This document shows, in pieces, positions 39,558 through 49,670 of a stretch of 64,000 nucleotides of DNA. A model generated the notes under the pieces. That model searched no databases. It was not told the DNA's origin and saw only the letters and a list, made by a program, of their open reading frames with translations. The DNA lies in the NCBI GenBank assembly GCA_021324115.1, contig JAJPJS010000025.1, positions 83,661 to 147,660 on the forward strand, written 5' to 3'. Every line of letters begins with the position of its first letter. Positions within the stretch are counted from its first letter, which is position 1. This stretch comes from Nitrososphaerota archaeon (GTDB taxonomy: Archaea > Thermoproteota > Nitrososphaeria > Conexivisphaerales > DTJL01). Position numbers and translations under genes: made by a program.

Positions 39558-40658
39558 ATGAAGGAAAAAACCGCAGTTTATGGTGCAAGCGTCGAAGGCT
39601 ACGCAGTGGCACTTTCCATCATGAAGTCTGGCAATGAGGTGAGTATCCTTGATGAGCGAATAAAGACTTCTTTCACCCTGATGGAGAACGCCCCCACATC
39701 GATCCGTCAGCTTGTGGGCGAGGATTCTCTTTATCCCATCAGACCGATCTCATCGGTGCTTCAGAGCTCCTCACAGGTCATACTTGCCCCCCGACTTCGA
39801 TTTTCAGAGGAGGGTAGGGCCGAGTGGTTGCAAAGACTGAAGGAAGTGGGACAGAATCTCGGTGAGCAGGCCATGTTGGTAAATCTTGTACCGCTTTCTG
39901 CAGGAGGCAACAAGGAAGCTCTTGCTATAATCGAGGAACAGAGCGGGTTGAAACCGGGCAAGGATTTCAGGTATGTTTACGTTCCTGTGGGTTCCTCTCA
40001 TGTGGCGGGATATCTGGGGGAATCTCAACCTCCCAGATGGTTTGATGACATATTCGGAGAACTTCGATGGACCCGAACAATCGAAGAGTCAGAGCTGGAA
40101 TACATAAGGTGGGCACTTGCTGACTACATACCAAAGGCGCTGGCAATCTCATTTTATAAGGAGGGTTCTACTCTGCTGCTGGATAAAAATAAGCTGTTTC
40201 TAGATGATATGGCACAGGGACTGTACGACATGCATCTCTTCTCCGACACTCTGCCTCACGGAGACACCTTGCACCACTTCGCTACGGGTGCGCTGAAGGC
40301 GGTCTCGAACTACACACATACGCTCGGGTCATATCTAAGGAACTACGCAAGGGAGAGGGGTCTTAAGGCAATAAGATCCAGAATTCTCTTGGTTTGGGGA
40401 CATGAAGGCTCCGAGATGAAGGGCGAGAGGGCAAGGCTGCAGGGCGTTATACTGAATTCTTTGCGAGAGGTTTTTGGTGACGTGGACAGCTGGAACCCCG
40501 CGGAGCAACCCGAAGAAAAGAAGAGACCCCCGAACCTGGACAGATACCAGATGATTGTTCCATGCAGTCAGGCGGACCTCAAGACCTGTCAGGCGTTCAC
40601 CCGGAGCAACTCCGAACAGGCCATAATCACGGCATCCGTACCAGTATCCGTGCTCTGA
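39558..40658 (+). CDS. Hypothetical protein with Rossmann-like N-terminus, first gene of a sugar-modification operon
   Basis: 366 aa. N-terminal beta-alpha-beta (KTAVYGASVEGYAVALSIMKSGNEVSILDE). No confident family. Followed in-line by dehydrogenase and acetyltransferase genes. Confidence 0.4.
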   Translation: MKEKTAVYGASVEGYAVALSIMKSGNEVSILDERIKTSFTLMENAPTSIRQLVGEDSLYPIRPISSVLQSSSQVILAPRLRFSEEGRAEWLQRLKEVGQNLGEQAMLVNLVPLSAGGNKEALAIIEEQSGLKPGKDFRYVYVPVGSSHVAGYLGESQPPRWFDDIFGELRWTRTIEESELEYIRWALADYIPKALAISFYKEGSTLLLDKNKLFLDDMAQGLYDMHLFSDTLPHGDTLHHFATGALKAVSNYTHTLGSYLRNYARERGLKAIRSRILLVWGHEGSEMKGERARLQGVILNSLREVFGDVDSWNPAEQPEEKKRPPNLDRYQMIVPCSQADLKTCQAFTRSNSEQAIITASVPVSVL

Positions 40659-40704
40659 CACCGACATGCAACACTTTTAACTTGTCTTATCGGAGCGCTC
40701 CGAT

Positions 40705-41637
40705 ATGGTAAGGGTCGGACTCGTCGGTGTTGGGGGATGGGGAAAGAATCATGCAAGGGTGCTGAGCGAGCTGGGGGCTCTGGCCGCCGTGTGCGATATG
40801 GACATTGCGAAGGCAGAGTTTTTTGCAAAAAAGTATGGTGTCAAAGCATATGATTCCACAGATAAAATGCTAGCGTCTGAGAAAATTGACGTAGCCAACA
40901 TATGCACCCCAACCACGACGCATTTTTCCATTGCCAAGCAGCTGCTTGAATATGGTCTGGACATTTTTGTTGAGAAGCCTCTTGCCGCCACTGTGGAGGA
41001 GGGGCGCAAGCTCGTCTCTCTATCGGAGGAGAGGAAAAGGATAGTCGGGGTAGGGTACATAGAGAGATTCAACCCGGCTGTTGCCCGCCTCAAACAGATC
41101 GTATCCGAGTCTTCCCTGGGTGAACTTATTCTTGCGGAATTTTACCGAGAAAACAGGTGGGGTGGAGTAAAGGATGTCGGTATACTCAGTGATACCACGG
41201 TTCATGATATAGACACTGCAAGATACATATTCGGGGAGGAACCCCAGCAGGTATTCTGCAGAACCGGGAGCGTGATGGGTCCCCATGAAGATTTCGCGGT
41301 TGTAATGCTGGGTTTCAAAAGACATCGAACGGCAATTCTGATGACCAACTGGGTGACCCCCAGAAAGGAAAGAAGGCTTTCCGCCGTATTTACCTCGGGC
41401 GTAGTTACACTCGATTTTGTTGCACAGCAACTCAGGATAGACAAGGAGTCGGTAACCGAAATCCCTCGATTCCAGACGCAGGAACCGCTGCTCCTGGAAC
41501 TCAAATCCTTCCTCGATTCTGTTCAGAATCGCTCCCGGCCACTTGTTGATGCTCAGGAGGCGTTAGGTACAAGCTTGATTGCGGAGGCCGCTATATACTC
41601 CAGCAAGAAAGGACTTCCGGTTTCACTACAGGTTTGA
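40705..41637 (+). CDS. Gfo/Idh/MocA family NAD-dependent sugar dehydrogenase (WbpB/UDP-GlcNAc(A) 3-dehydrogenase-like)
   Basis: 310 aa. VRVGLVGVGGWGKNHARVL Rossmann start. Conserved EKPLA motif and the C-terminal alpha/beta domain of the family. Confidence 0.8.
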   Translation: MVRVGLVGVGGWGKNHARVLSELGALAAVCDMDIAKAEFFAKKYGVKAYDSTDKMLASEKIDVANICTPTTTHFSIAKQLLEYGLDIFVEKPLAATVEEGRKLVSLSEERKRIVGVGYIERFNPAVARLKQIVSESSLGELILAEFYRENRWGGVKDVGILSDTTVHDIDTARYIFGEEPQQVFCRTGSVMGPHEDFAVVMLGFKRHRTAILMTNWVTPRKERRLSAVFTSGVVTLDFVAQQLRIDKESVTEIPRFQTQEPLLLELKSFLDSVQNRSRPLVDAQEALGTSLIAEAAIYSSKKGLPVSLQV

Positions 41638-42236
41638 TGCAGGCTACCTCGCTCCGGAAATCAGCTCTGGTTACGACTGTCCGCCTTGCGCCAAGTCAAC
41701 CTTCGTTTGGCATAGTTAAGCATAAAAAGTATTTGTCCGCTTCAGGGTCGATGAAAATAGGAAAGAACAGCGTAGTGGCTGACGATGTCGTCGCTGGCGA
41801 AAATGTGGTGATCTGGAACCTGACATACATAGGCTCAAAAACCCGAATCGGAAGCAATGTCATGATAGGGTCCCTAGTTCACGTTGATTATAACGTCAAG
41901 ATAGGGAACAACACACGCATTGAGGGTGGCGTGTACATCCCCCCTATGACCGAGATCGGAGATGACGTTTTCATCGGTCCGGCTGCTGTTTTCACGAACG
42001 ACCCCTATCCCATGTCAAGAAAAATGGTCGGCGTGAAGGTGCTCAATGGAGCATCCATCGGCGCCAGGGCCGTCATAAAGGCAGGTGTAACCGTGGGGGA
42101 GGGGAGCGTGGTAGGCATGGGAGCGGTGGTGACAAAGGACGTTCCTGCGAAAACGGTTGTCGTGGGTATTCCTGCGCGACCAGTTTACACAAGGGAAGAA
42201 TATGATATCAAGCGGAAGGAGTGGGAGCGGTCCTGA
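41634..42236 (+). CDS. Left-handed beta-helix (hexapeptide-repeat) acetyltransferase, WbpD/PglD-like sugar N-acetyltransferase
   Basis: 200 aa with consecutive [LIV]-G-x-x-x-x hexapeptide repeats (IGSNVMIGSLVHVDYNVKIGNNTRIEGGVYI...). 4-nt overlap with the dehydrogenase gene. Confidence 0.8.
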   Translation: MMQATSLRKSALVTTVRLAPSQPSFGIVKHKKYLSASGSMKIGKNSVVADDVVAGENVVIWNLTYIGSKTRIGSNVMIGSLVHVDYNVKIGNNTRIEGGVYIPPMTEIGDDVFIGPAAVFTNDPYPMSRKMVGVKVLNGASIGARAVIKAGVTVGEGSVVGMGAVVTKDVPAKTVVVGIPARPVYTREEYDIKRKEWERS

Positions 42237-42474
42237 GTCTTTTATAGGCGGCAAATGCATTCCTCATACCGAAGTATGAATAGAGCCATGCCACTATCGC
42301 TATAAGGGCAAGAAGTAGCTTGAAAACGACATACTCGATTGCTATGTAGTAGGGCGGGTTGGCAGGAGGTTGAATGGGTATGACCAGCACGAAAACCCAG
42401 TACACGACAAAGATGAGAAGTAGCCATGACATGCTGATTATGACGAGGAGAAGGGCAAAGGCGGACAGCCTCAT
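42208..42474 (-). CDS. Small two-TM membrane protein, apparently coupled to the GT4 gene
   Basis: 88 aa, two strongly hydrophobic helices. ATGA overlap with the stop of the upstream minus-strand GT4 gene. Confidence 0.4.
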   Translation of the reverse strand: MRLSAFALLLVIISMSWLLLIFVVYWVFVLVIPIQPPANPPYYIAIEYVVFKLLLALIAIVAWLYSYFGMRNAFAAYKRLRTAPTPSA

Positions 42475-43463
42475 ATTCTAACACCAAGGAGGAAGAAGGT
42501 CAGTATCGCAAGTGAAGCTGAAAACGCTTCAAGGTAAAGTATCCGTCTTGTCACCTCTGATTCTGTAAGCGGACCATCGGCAAGCATCATCCTTGTGAGT
42601 GTCATGGGAGCATCAGGATCCCTCGCCGCATTCAGCTTGAATTCCTTGTCCAGCACCACCGGTCTTTTCTTCATCTTTCTGTGCTCCACCAACCCTCCGA
42701 CAGACGAAATCACATAAAACGAATTCAGAACGGCAGGGAGCAGGGCAACAACTGCGATGAACTCCGCATGGCCGATTATAGCCACAGCACCGTAAGCCGC
42801 GCCAAGGGCCAATGTGCCGGAATCGCCCGGGAACAGCTTGGCCGGATTTCTGTGCAGCGGATAGAAACCTGCCGTTGCCAGAAGCAGGGCAAGAGCCATG
42901 AGCGAAGGAATAAGCTGACCTGTAAAAATGAAATCAATTATCAACGGCACAGTGGCGATCGCGGTAAAGCCGGAAACCAGTCCGTTGTAAACATCTATCA
43001 TGTTGAATGCATTCGCTGTCACCGGAAGAGCGATAAGGATCAGAACAGGGTAAATAGTTGAAAGTCTGATATGGCCCGCAAAAGGGAATGGCATCACCAC
43101 CGAATAGGTATGAAGCGCAAGCAAAGGCAGGGCGGATACCACCACTAAGCCAACCTTGACCGGGCCACTCAGCGCCCTGAGATCGTCCACAAAACCCACC
43201 GCGAACGCTATAACTACAGAGAGGGCGAAGGAAACAATCTGGATAGAGCCTGTCAAGAAATAGAGAATTACGAGCGGAGTGAGCAGGGATATTACAATTG
43301 CCGGTCCACCCGGCCGTGACACCTGGGGATTACCCATCTTGTGGGCGTCAGGTACGGTCATCCCCCTCCCTCTAAGGTACCTGCATAGCCATCGAGAAAG
43401 CACATAGGATTCGGGGAGAGCAACAAGAGGCAATATCCATTCGAGCAACAGTGTCGTTTGCAT
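42471..43463 (-). CDS. aglH: GT4 family (MraY/WecA-like) polyprenyl-phosphate N-acetylhexosamine-1-phosphate transferase, AglH-like
   Basis: 330 aa, about 10 TM, with the cytoplasmic loop motifs of the MraY/WecA/GPT superfamily. Short archaeal AglH-type length. Confidence 0.75.
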   Translation of the reverse strand: MQTTLLLEWILPLVALPESYVLSRWLCRYLRGRGMTVPDAHKMGNPQVSRPGGPAIVISLLTPLVILYFLTGSIQIVSFALSVVIAFAVGFVDDLRALSGPVKVGLVVVSALPLLALHTYSVVMPFPFAGHIRLSTIYPVLILIALPVTANAFNMIDVYNGLVSGFTAIATVPLIIDFIFTGQLIPSLMALALLLATAGFYPLHRNPAKLFPGDSGTLALGAAYGAVAIIGHAEFIAVVALLPAVLNSFYVISSVGGLVEHRKMKKRPVVLDKEFKLNAARDPDAPMTLTRMMLADGPLTESEVTRRILYLEAFSASLAILTFFLLGVRI

Positions 43464-43726
43464 CCTGACCCGGTCGTGTTAAAAACTCTTCGTAGGGCTT
43501 AGGGGGAGGGATGTTCACGAACGAGTCAGATCCGATGAGTAAACAATAGTTCAGCAGGACAGCCTTTTTGGTGTTTTATAAGAGCCAGATCACATAATAG
43601 CACGATGCATCAACAGCTGGAAGGAGTGCTGCGCTGAGGACTCGGATATCTCAAAATTCAATGAGTCACGGTGAGCTAGAAACGCCAACACCCTAAAAGA
43701 CATAGATCCTTTCATGACAGACAAAT

Positions 43727-43737
43727 ACAGCTTATAT
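43727..43737 (+). promoter_or_regulatory. TATA-like box about 22 nt upstream of the GTG start of the OB-fold gene (leaderless-type spacing)
   Basis: cttatatatcc is isolated in a GC-normal context. The downstream ORF starts with GTG at 43757. Confidence 0.35.
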
Positions 43738-43756
43738 ATCCACGACCTTTAAACCG

Positions 43757-44056
43757 GTGCTGGGAAATTTGAAGATAAAGGAATTGCGCCCCGACTCCAG
43801 AAGAGTGAATCTTGAGGCAGTAGTGTCCTCTGTAGCACCTCCACGTGAGGTAACGCTGAAAACTGGTGAAAAGGCCACCGTAACCGATGTAACCATAGAA
43901 GATGACAGCGGATCAGCAGTCTTAACCCTCTGGAATGAGAATGTCGACCGCATCAAGAGCGGGTCCAAGATAAGAATTGAAAACGGGTATGTGAGCACCT
44001 TCCGTGGCGAGATGCGGGTTAACATAGGAAGGTATGGCCGCCTAGACGTAATGTGA
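43757..44056 (+). CDS. Single OB-fold nucleic-acid-binding protein (RPA/SSB-like)
   Basis: 99 aa. Beta-rich OB pattern (VNLEAVVSSV...KATVTDVTIEDDSGSAVLTLWNE...). GTG start. Confidence 0.6.
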   Translation: MLGNLKIKELRPDSRRVNLEAVVSSVAPPREVTLKTGEKATVTDVTIEDDSGSAVLTLWNENVDRIKSGSKIRIENGYVSTFRGEMRVNIGRYGRLDVM

Positions 44057-44174
44057 TGGAAAAATTCCAGAATTATTTTCCTACAGTGTCACGACGAAGC
44101 CACAAAGCCCCTAGGCAGAGGGGTTAAACCGAAACTTTAAATCGGCTAGTCCCAGGGCTTAGGAAAGACTGTCC

Positions 44175-44492
44175 ATGCCTCAGGTCGCGCGCATTAAACT
44201 GGAATCCTCGAATCTCGAAGAGTTAGAGAAGGTTAGCAACGAAATAAAGGAACTGGGCATCAGGACAGGTGTCAACATTAAGGGTCCGGTACCCCTCCCC
44301 ACGAAGAAGCTCAGAATCGTAACGAGGAAGGCACCATCCGGGCAGGGCACGCATACATTCGATAAATGGGACATGAAACTTCACCGGAGACTGATAGACA
44401 TCGATGCCAACGAAAGGACAATGGGGCAGCTCACCCGACTTAAGATTCCAGAATCCGTCAGTATCGAAATCAAGCTCAGGTCAAGGCCCTAG
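44175..44492 (+). CDS. rps10: 30S ribosomal protein S10 (uS10)
   Basis: 105 aa. ARIKLESSNLEELEKVSNEIKELGIRTGVNIKGPVPLPTKKL...HTFDKWDMKLHRRLIDI matches uS10 across its full length. Confidence 0.9.
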   Translation: MPQVARIKLESSNLEELEKVSNEIKELGIRTGVNIKGPVPLPTKKLRIVTRKAPSGQGTHTFDKWDMKLHRRLIDIDANERTMGQLTRLKIPESVSIEIKLRSRP

Positions 44493-44609
44493 ATTGCTCG
44501 CAACCTGCGCAATAATTAAATCCGTGTCATCGATGCAAAGCGCAGTGGAGCCGTTCTTGTATTTGCCTCACAGTCAAAGGTTCATACTGCGTAGATACGG
44601 TGGTCCCCC

Positions 44610-47453
44610 ATGGTGACTGCTCCACGCCGAATGAGGATTTCATGGCTGGCCGTGTTCGCCGGCCTGATTTCGTTAGTGGCTTTCTTTTACCTTCTGAATC
44701 TGTATCTGAACTGGTCTGTGATGGAGCACATGTACAGCCTCAAGGCTGGTCTCAACTGGTTTGAGCTTGTATTCTATCATGGCTACACGTTCTATGTGGC
44801 TGCGGCGTTGGCCCTTCTTGTCATTAACCCGGTGCCGGGGCGAAGCGACCTTATTTCGGCCATAAACGCCGTCACTTCACGCAGCTGGTCTGTACCCCGT
44901 GAATCTAGGTTCCGCACCTACAGCGACTATAGATTCTATGCTTCTGGCCAGAGTTCATCCTCCCCTCCTCAGGGGCCATTCAGAATATCCGTGCGCCTCT
45001 GGGGCACGTGGCAGGCCATAAAGTATGTGATAGCCTATTTTGTATTCGCAGGTCTTGCCGGACTTCCCTTCTTCGGCAATCTCGTCATGCCTGTACTCAT
45101 GGACCTTCAGGGTTACGGCTCCTGGTACAACATACCCAGGATATTTCAGTTGCCATTCAGGTTTGCGTCTGCGGACAGGCTGATTTCGCTTATGCCCTCC
45201 ATGCAGATTCAGTACTTTCTGCTTTTCTCTGTGCTGGGGACAGTTATACTTATTCTCATACTGAGGCTCGTGGTCCGGGCAGTGAGGGATTATGCCAACG
45301 GGACCGGAAATCACTGGATCAGGGACCTGATTCTCATTATCACCTGTATTCTCGCGCTTCTTATTCTCAATGCGCCTTACTGGGGCACAACTGCAGCTTC
45401 CCCATATGCCTACGGCGCACTGTGGTCACTCGTCGGATTCACTGTCGTTGGCTGGCTTTACCTGAAGCTTTCAGGGAAGGGAGTCATTCCGATCACGGCG
45501 AGACGGAGAAGGCTCGTTACCGCGGCTGGCATATTTGTCGCCGCCGTCCTTGTCGTAAATGTCGGGGCTTCAGCCTACATTTATCTGAACTGGAACAATC
45601 GCTGGCCCCAGTATGAATGGACTCCCTTCATTCAGAAGGAAATCAACGTAACAGACTGGAGCTCCGGGGTGCAGAACCTTCAGATTCAGTCGCTTCAGAA
45701 TCTTCCAGGTGGGAACACTTCAACGATCCTCTCTCTTGTCAGGCAGTGGGGGCAATCTCAGGCGCTCCTAACGATGACGAAGGAGATTGGGGCGGTGAAC
45801 TGGATGGCCCCTGCAAGTTCACAGGTCATCTGGTACAACAATACGGAATACTGGGTGGCACCCACCACGGTGCAGTACCCGGGTGGCAGCCAGAACTGGA
45901 TAAGTGAGCACCTAATCTATACTCACTCTGACAGGGTCGTCGCTATAAACACACACAGTGGACAGGAAGTATCCATCGAGCAGGCGCTGAATGCCCCTGA
46001 GCCACTCATCTACTATGGCGAGAACATAACCTTCAACAACGAGGTGTACGTTCATGTAAATGGCTACAATGAAATTAACAACGAAAGTTTTCCGGGTACT
46101 CCTGATTATATTCTTTCAGGAATCCAGCGGGCAGCCTGGTTCTTTCTCAAGGGACCCACCACGTGGGGCTTTGCATTTTCTCCACCCCAGAACAGCATAG
46201 ACATGCTCTACAACAGGAACATATTCAACAGGGTGGGTGACATTCTGATCAACGGACTTCAGGTCGATCCTGCGGCTTACCTGGTGACTGATGGGAGCCA
46301 TCTTGACTACGTTGTTCAGGTTTACGTAAGCTACCCACTGAATTCCGGATTCTCTGATAGCCCTTACCTGAGGTTCTTCGGCGTTGTGCTTGTCGACCCG
46401 ACAAACGGCAACATGACAGGCTATTTGGTGCCGAACCAGAACTACTCCGACGGATTTCTCATGAGCTTCTACAGGAGCTATTACAGCGATTGGCAGCAGG
46501 CACCGGCCTGGCTGGTGGCCCAGTTAAGGTACCCTGAAGCCCTGCTGGGTGAGCAGGGGAATCCGGGTCAGCTAGACTATAATTTCTATTTCCACGTGAC
46601 GAATCCATTCGAGTGGCGTTCCGGCTCGAATTTCTACGTGTCTCAGGACGCAAACGGCAACAGACTGCCACTTCTTTACATCGCGTACACAATAGGTAAC
46701 AAGTCTTACTTTGTGGGGCTTCAGGAAGTCGAATATATGAGCTCGGCCAGCAAAAACCTGGCAGGGCTTTACGTAGTGTTCGGAGGTGACAGACTGGGTC
46801 AGATGTACCTTTACCAGACTCCATCCAATTTCACCGGAACGCTGCTGGGTCCGACAGGCGCAATCCAGGTGGTGAACACCAATCCAACCGTCCGCCAGCA
46901 GGAGACTCTTTTGCCGAATTACGTGGCCGGCTCTACGCTTCTCTACGTTATCAATGGACGACTTTACTATTTCATTCCGTTTTACACTCAACCGGGAGGA
47001 ACCAGCCAGGTTATAGCGCAGATGCCCTTCATAACGGCAGTCGACCCCAGCACGGGTGCTGTTGGCGTGGGGCCCAATGCACTTCAAGCCTTTCAAAACC
47101 TGATTGGCAAAAGCATAAGCGGTCCTCCCCCGAGCTCTGTTCAGCTTCAACAGAATGTGTCGAAATTCTTCACTGACCACAACCTTCAGCTTCTCAACTC
47201 TTCGATCGTTACCGCAAACCTATACATCGGCGTGGGTAATCTGACTTACACCTCCCCCGCTGACTGGCCGACCGTTTCTGCCGCCCTTACTTCATTCATC
47301 AGCAATTACACTAATGTCTACGGGTCACAGTACGTCGTCGTTACCCAGAGTGGAAATAGCACTTACGACTATGGTATCCTTGTCCAGAAACAGGTTTCAA
47401 CACAGCCGCCAACAAACATACTCATCCTTTATTACATACAGATTGATTACTAG
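44610..47453 (+). CDS. Large membrane protein: 7 N-terminal TM helices plus about 600-aa extracytoplasmic domain (UPF0182/COG1615-like architecture)
   Basis: 947 aa. Seven hydrophobic helices in the first 330 aa, then a beta-rich, Asn/Thr/Tyr-rich domain with many N-x-S/T sequons. No STT3 WWDYG motif. Confidence 0.55.
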   Translation: MVTAPRRMRISWLAVFAGLISLVAFFYLLNLYLNWSVMEHMYSLKAGLNWFELVFYHGYTFYVAAALALLVINPVPGRSDLISAINAVTSRSWSVPRESRFRTYSDYRFYASGQSSSSPPQGPFRISVRLWGTWQAIKYVIAYFVFAGLAGLPFFGNLVMPVLMDLQGYGSWYNIPRIFQLPFRFASADRLISLMPSMQIQYFLLFSVLGTVILILILRLVVRAVRDYANGTGNHWIRDLILIITCILALLILNAPYWGTTAASPYAYGALWSLVGFTVVGWLYLKLSGKGVIPITARRRRLVTAAGIFVAAVLVVNVGASAYIYLNWNNRWPQYEWTPFIQKEINVTDWSSGVQNLQIQSLQNLPGGNTSTILSLVRQWGQSQALLTMTKEIGAVNWMAPASSQVIWYNNTEYWVAPTTVQYPGGSQNWISEHLIYTHSDRVVAINTHSGQEVSIEQALNAPEPLIYYGENITFNNEVYVHVNGYNEINNESFPGTPDYILSGIQRAAWFFLKGPTTWGFAFSPPQNSIDMLYNRNIFNRVGDILINGLQVDPAAYLVTDGSHLDYVVQVYVSYPLNSGFSDSPYLRFFGVVLVDPTNGNMTGYLVPNQNYSDGFLMSFYRSYYSDWQQAPAWLVAQLRYPEALLGEQGNPGQLDYNFYFHVTNPFEWRSGSNFYVSQDANGNRLPLLYIAYTIGNKSYFVGLQEVEYMSSASKNLAGLYVVFGGDRLGQMYLYQTPSNFTGTLLGPTGAIQVVNTNPTVRQQETLLPNYVAGSTLLYVINGRLYYFIPFYTQPGGTSQVIAQMPFITAVDPSTGAVGVGPNALQAFQNLIGKSISGPPPSSVQLQQNVSKFFTDHNLQLLNSSIVTANLYIGVGNLTYTSPADWPTVSAALTSFISNYTNVYGSQYVVVTQSGNSTYDYGILVQKQVSTQPPTNILILYYIQIDY

Positions 47454-47470
47454 GAGGGGTCGGGAGACAG

Positions 47471-47728
47471 TTGGAACCTAGGGAAAAAACAAAAAGATGG
47501 ATTTCCACTCTGATTTCTATTTCTGTCATACTGCTACCCTTGATCTTCTTCTTCTCGCTTGCTTCTCCCAGCACTGGGTCAAGCACTGTACAGCTTAATT
47601 CCGGTTACACAACCGATGCCCAGGTAATATTCAACACATTTGTCGGGCTCGCGGTGATCCTTCTTTTGCTCCTTCTGCCTGTGTTTGCAGTGATGTACCG
47701 GAGAGAAAGGAAAAGGAGCCTCAGGTAG
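47471..47728 (+). CDS. Small two-TM membrane protein downstream of the 947-aa gene
   Basis: 85 aa, two TM helices, basic C-terminus (RRERKRSLR). 17 nt downstream of the large gene on the same strand. Confidence 0.4.
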   Translation: MEPREKTKRWISTLISISVILLPLIFFFSLASPSTGSSTVQLNSGYTTDAQVIFNTFVGLAVILLLLLLPVFAVMYRRERKRSLR

Positions 47729-47833
47729 CTCGGGCACCGTATCGGTCAGTGTACAGAAGTTCTAGAAGCTGACCTTGGGCCCTCTCTGTGCTGACAGTAC
47801 CACGCCTACATTTTCAGGAATCTCATACTAAAC

Positions 47834-49081
47834 TCAGGTTCCGGTCTCCCAGCTTGAGGCATATTTGAGCTGTTCCTTGGTAGGAACATCTATTTTCAAA
47901 CCCAGTGCATTCAACTTCATTTCAGCAACAGATCTGTCTATTTCGGGAGGGACACCATGTACTCCGGGAAGAAGCTTTTTTCCCTGTTGAACTAGATACT
48001 TCACCGAAAGTGCCTGATTGCAGAAACTCATGTCCATCACTTCGCTTGGGTGTCCTTCGGCAGCCCCGAGATTGGCTAACCTGCCCTCTGCGACAAGGTA
48101 GACCCTCCTTCCACTTCTCAACCTGTATTCCTGCAGGTTGTTCCTCACGTTTCGGCTTTCGACTGCGGTTTCCCTCAGACCGGCCACATCCACTTCGACA
48201 TCGAAGTGACCGCTGTTCGCCAGTATGGCTCCATCTTTCATATTTTTGATATGCTCACCCCGGATTATACCTCTGTTACCCGTGGCTGTAACAAAAATAT
48301 CGCCTTCATAGGCGGCGTCCGACATGCGCATTACCTCGAAGCCATCCATCGAGGCTTCGAGTGCCCTGAGCGGATCAACTTCAGTGACGATGACTCGGGA
48401 ACCCATCCCTCTCATCCTCATTGCTATTCCTCTTCCCACCCACCCATAACCTGCAACCACGACGACCTTTCCTGCCAAGAGAATATTCGTTGCCCTCAAT
48501 ATCCCATCAACCGTGCTCTGGCCTGTTCCGTACCTGTTATCGAAAAGATGTTTGGTAAATGCATCATTCACCGCGATCACCGGATAGCGTAGTACCTTCT
48601 TATCCTGCATCGCCCTGAGTCTGTTCACTCCGGTGGTTGTTTCTTCGGTCCCGCCCAACACATGGGGCTTGGCAGCCATCCGATGGATGAAGGAATGCAG
48701 GTCCGCACCATCATCCATTACGATATCCGGCGAAGACTCTGCGAGCAGTTTGAGGTTTTCATAGTAGTCTTCCTGGGATTCCCCCCTCCAGGCGTAAACC
48801 CGAATGCCTTCACCATCCAGTGCTGCCGCTATATCGTCCTGAGTCGAAAGTGGGTTGCTACCTCCAAGGAATATTTCCGCCCCCATCTCTGATAGTGTCC
48901 TTATCAGAACCCCCGTCTCCTTCGTCACATGCAACACGGCCGCAACCCTGATTCCTTGCAGGCTTTTCTTCGTGGCTTCCCTTTTTCTGAGGGAAACAAG
49001 TGCGGGCATGTGCCGTTCGGCCCACTCCAGCTGCAGACGTCCTTCAGTTGCAAGTGCGCTGTCCTTGATCTTGGATTTCAA
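47834..49081 (-). CDS. ahcY: Adenosylhomocysteinase
   Basis: 415 aa. NAD-binding [31 protein letters not shown] and substrate-domain motifs (…HMPALVSL…, NPLSTQDD…). Confidence 0.9.
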   Translation of the reverse strand: MKSKIKDSALATEGRLQLEWAERHMPALVSLRKREATKKSLQGIRVAAVLHVTKETGVLIRTLSEMGAEIFLGGSNPLSTQDDIAAALDGEGIRVYAWRGESQEDYYENLKLLAESSPDIVMDDGADLHSFIHRMAAKPHVLGGTEETTTGVNRLRAMQDKKVLRYPVIAVNDAFTKHLFDNRYGTGQSTVDGILRATNILLAGKVVVVAGYGWVGRGIAMRMRGMGSRVIVTEVDPLRALEASMDGFEVMRMSDAAYEGDIFVTATGNRGIIRGEHIKNMKDGAILANSGHFDVEVDVAGLRETAVESRNVRNNLQEYRLRSGRRVYLVAEGRLANLGAAEGHPSEVMDMSFCNQALSVKYLVQQGKKLLPGVHGVPPEIDRSVAEMKLNALGLKIDVPTKEQLKYASSWETGT

Positions 49082-49193
49082 TTCTCATCCTTGCATCCGA
49101 AGGGTGTTAATTATTTAATCATTAAATCCAAAAGAACTCTACAGGAGATGATTCTACGCCAAGTTTAAAGACAACCAGTAAAACATCTATGTT

Positions 49194-49670
49194 ATGGCAT
49201 TGAAAGTAGGTGATTCGATTCCTGATCTTACGCTCTATGATCAGTCAAGGAAACCAAGAAAGCTTTCCGAATTTACCACCTCCCCCACCGTGTTGGCATT
49301 CTTTCCTGGAGCCTTCACATCCGTGTGCACAAAGGAAATGTGCACATTCAGGGACATGCTTTCGAATCTTGCCCCCCTCGGCAAGGTGGTTGGCATCAGC
49401 GTAGATAGCCCATTTTCGTTGAGCGCATTCGCCCAGTCCAACGGAATCACATTTCCTCTGCTGAGTGATTACGACAGGAAGGCGTGCAGGGCCTTTGGCG
49501 TAGAATTTCAGAACTTCGTTGACATGCCCGGCTATACCGTGGCTCACCGCTCTATATTCGTCGTAGGCAATGATGGAAAGATAAAGTACGCCTGGCTTGC
49601 GCCCAATCAGGGCGTGGAACCCAATTATTCAGAGGTGCAGGAAGAACTGAAGAAGGCGAAAGGCCCATGA
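49194..49670 (+). CDS. bcp: Peroxiredoxin, Bcp/PrxQ-type (thioredoxin fold)
   Basis: 158 aa. Peroxidatic Cys context FPGAFTSVCTKEMCTFRD. Confidence 0.8.
   Translation: MALKVGDSIPDLTLYDQSRKPRKLSEFTTSPTVLAFFPGAFTSVCTKEMCTFRDMLSNLAPLGKVVGISVDSPFSLSAFAQSNGITFPLLSDYDRKACRAFGVEFQNFVDMPGYTVAHRSIFVVGNDGKIKYAWLAPNQGVEPNYSEVQEELKKAKGP

Noticed and set aside
43464-43726. Intergenic region between aglH and the OB-fold gene as a candidate ncRNA
   Set aside because: No structured or conserved-looking element is discernible. It probably contains the divergent promoters only.
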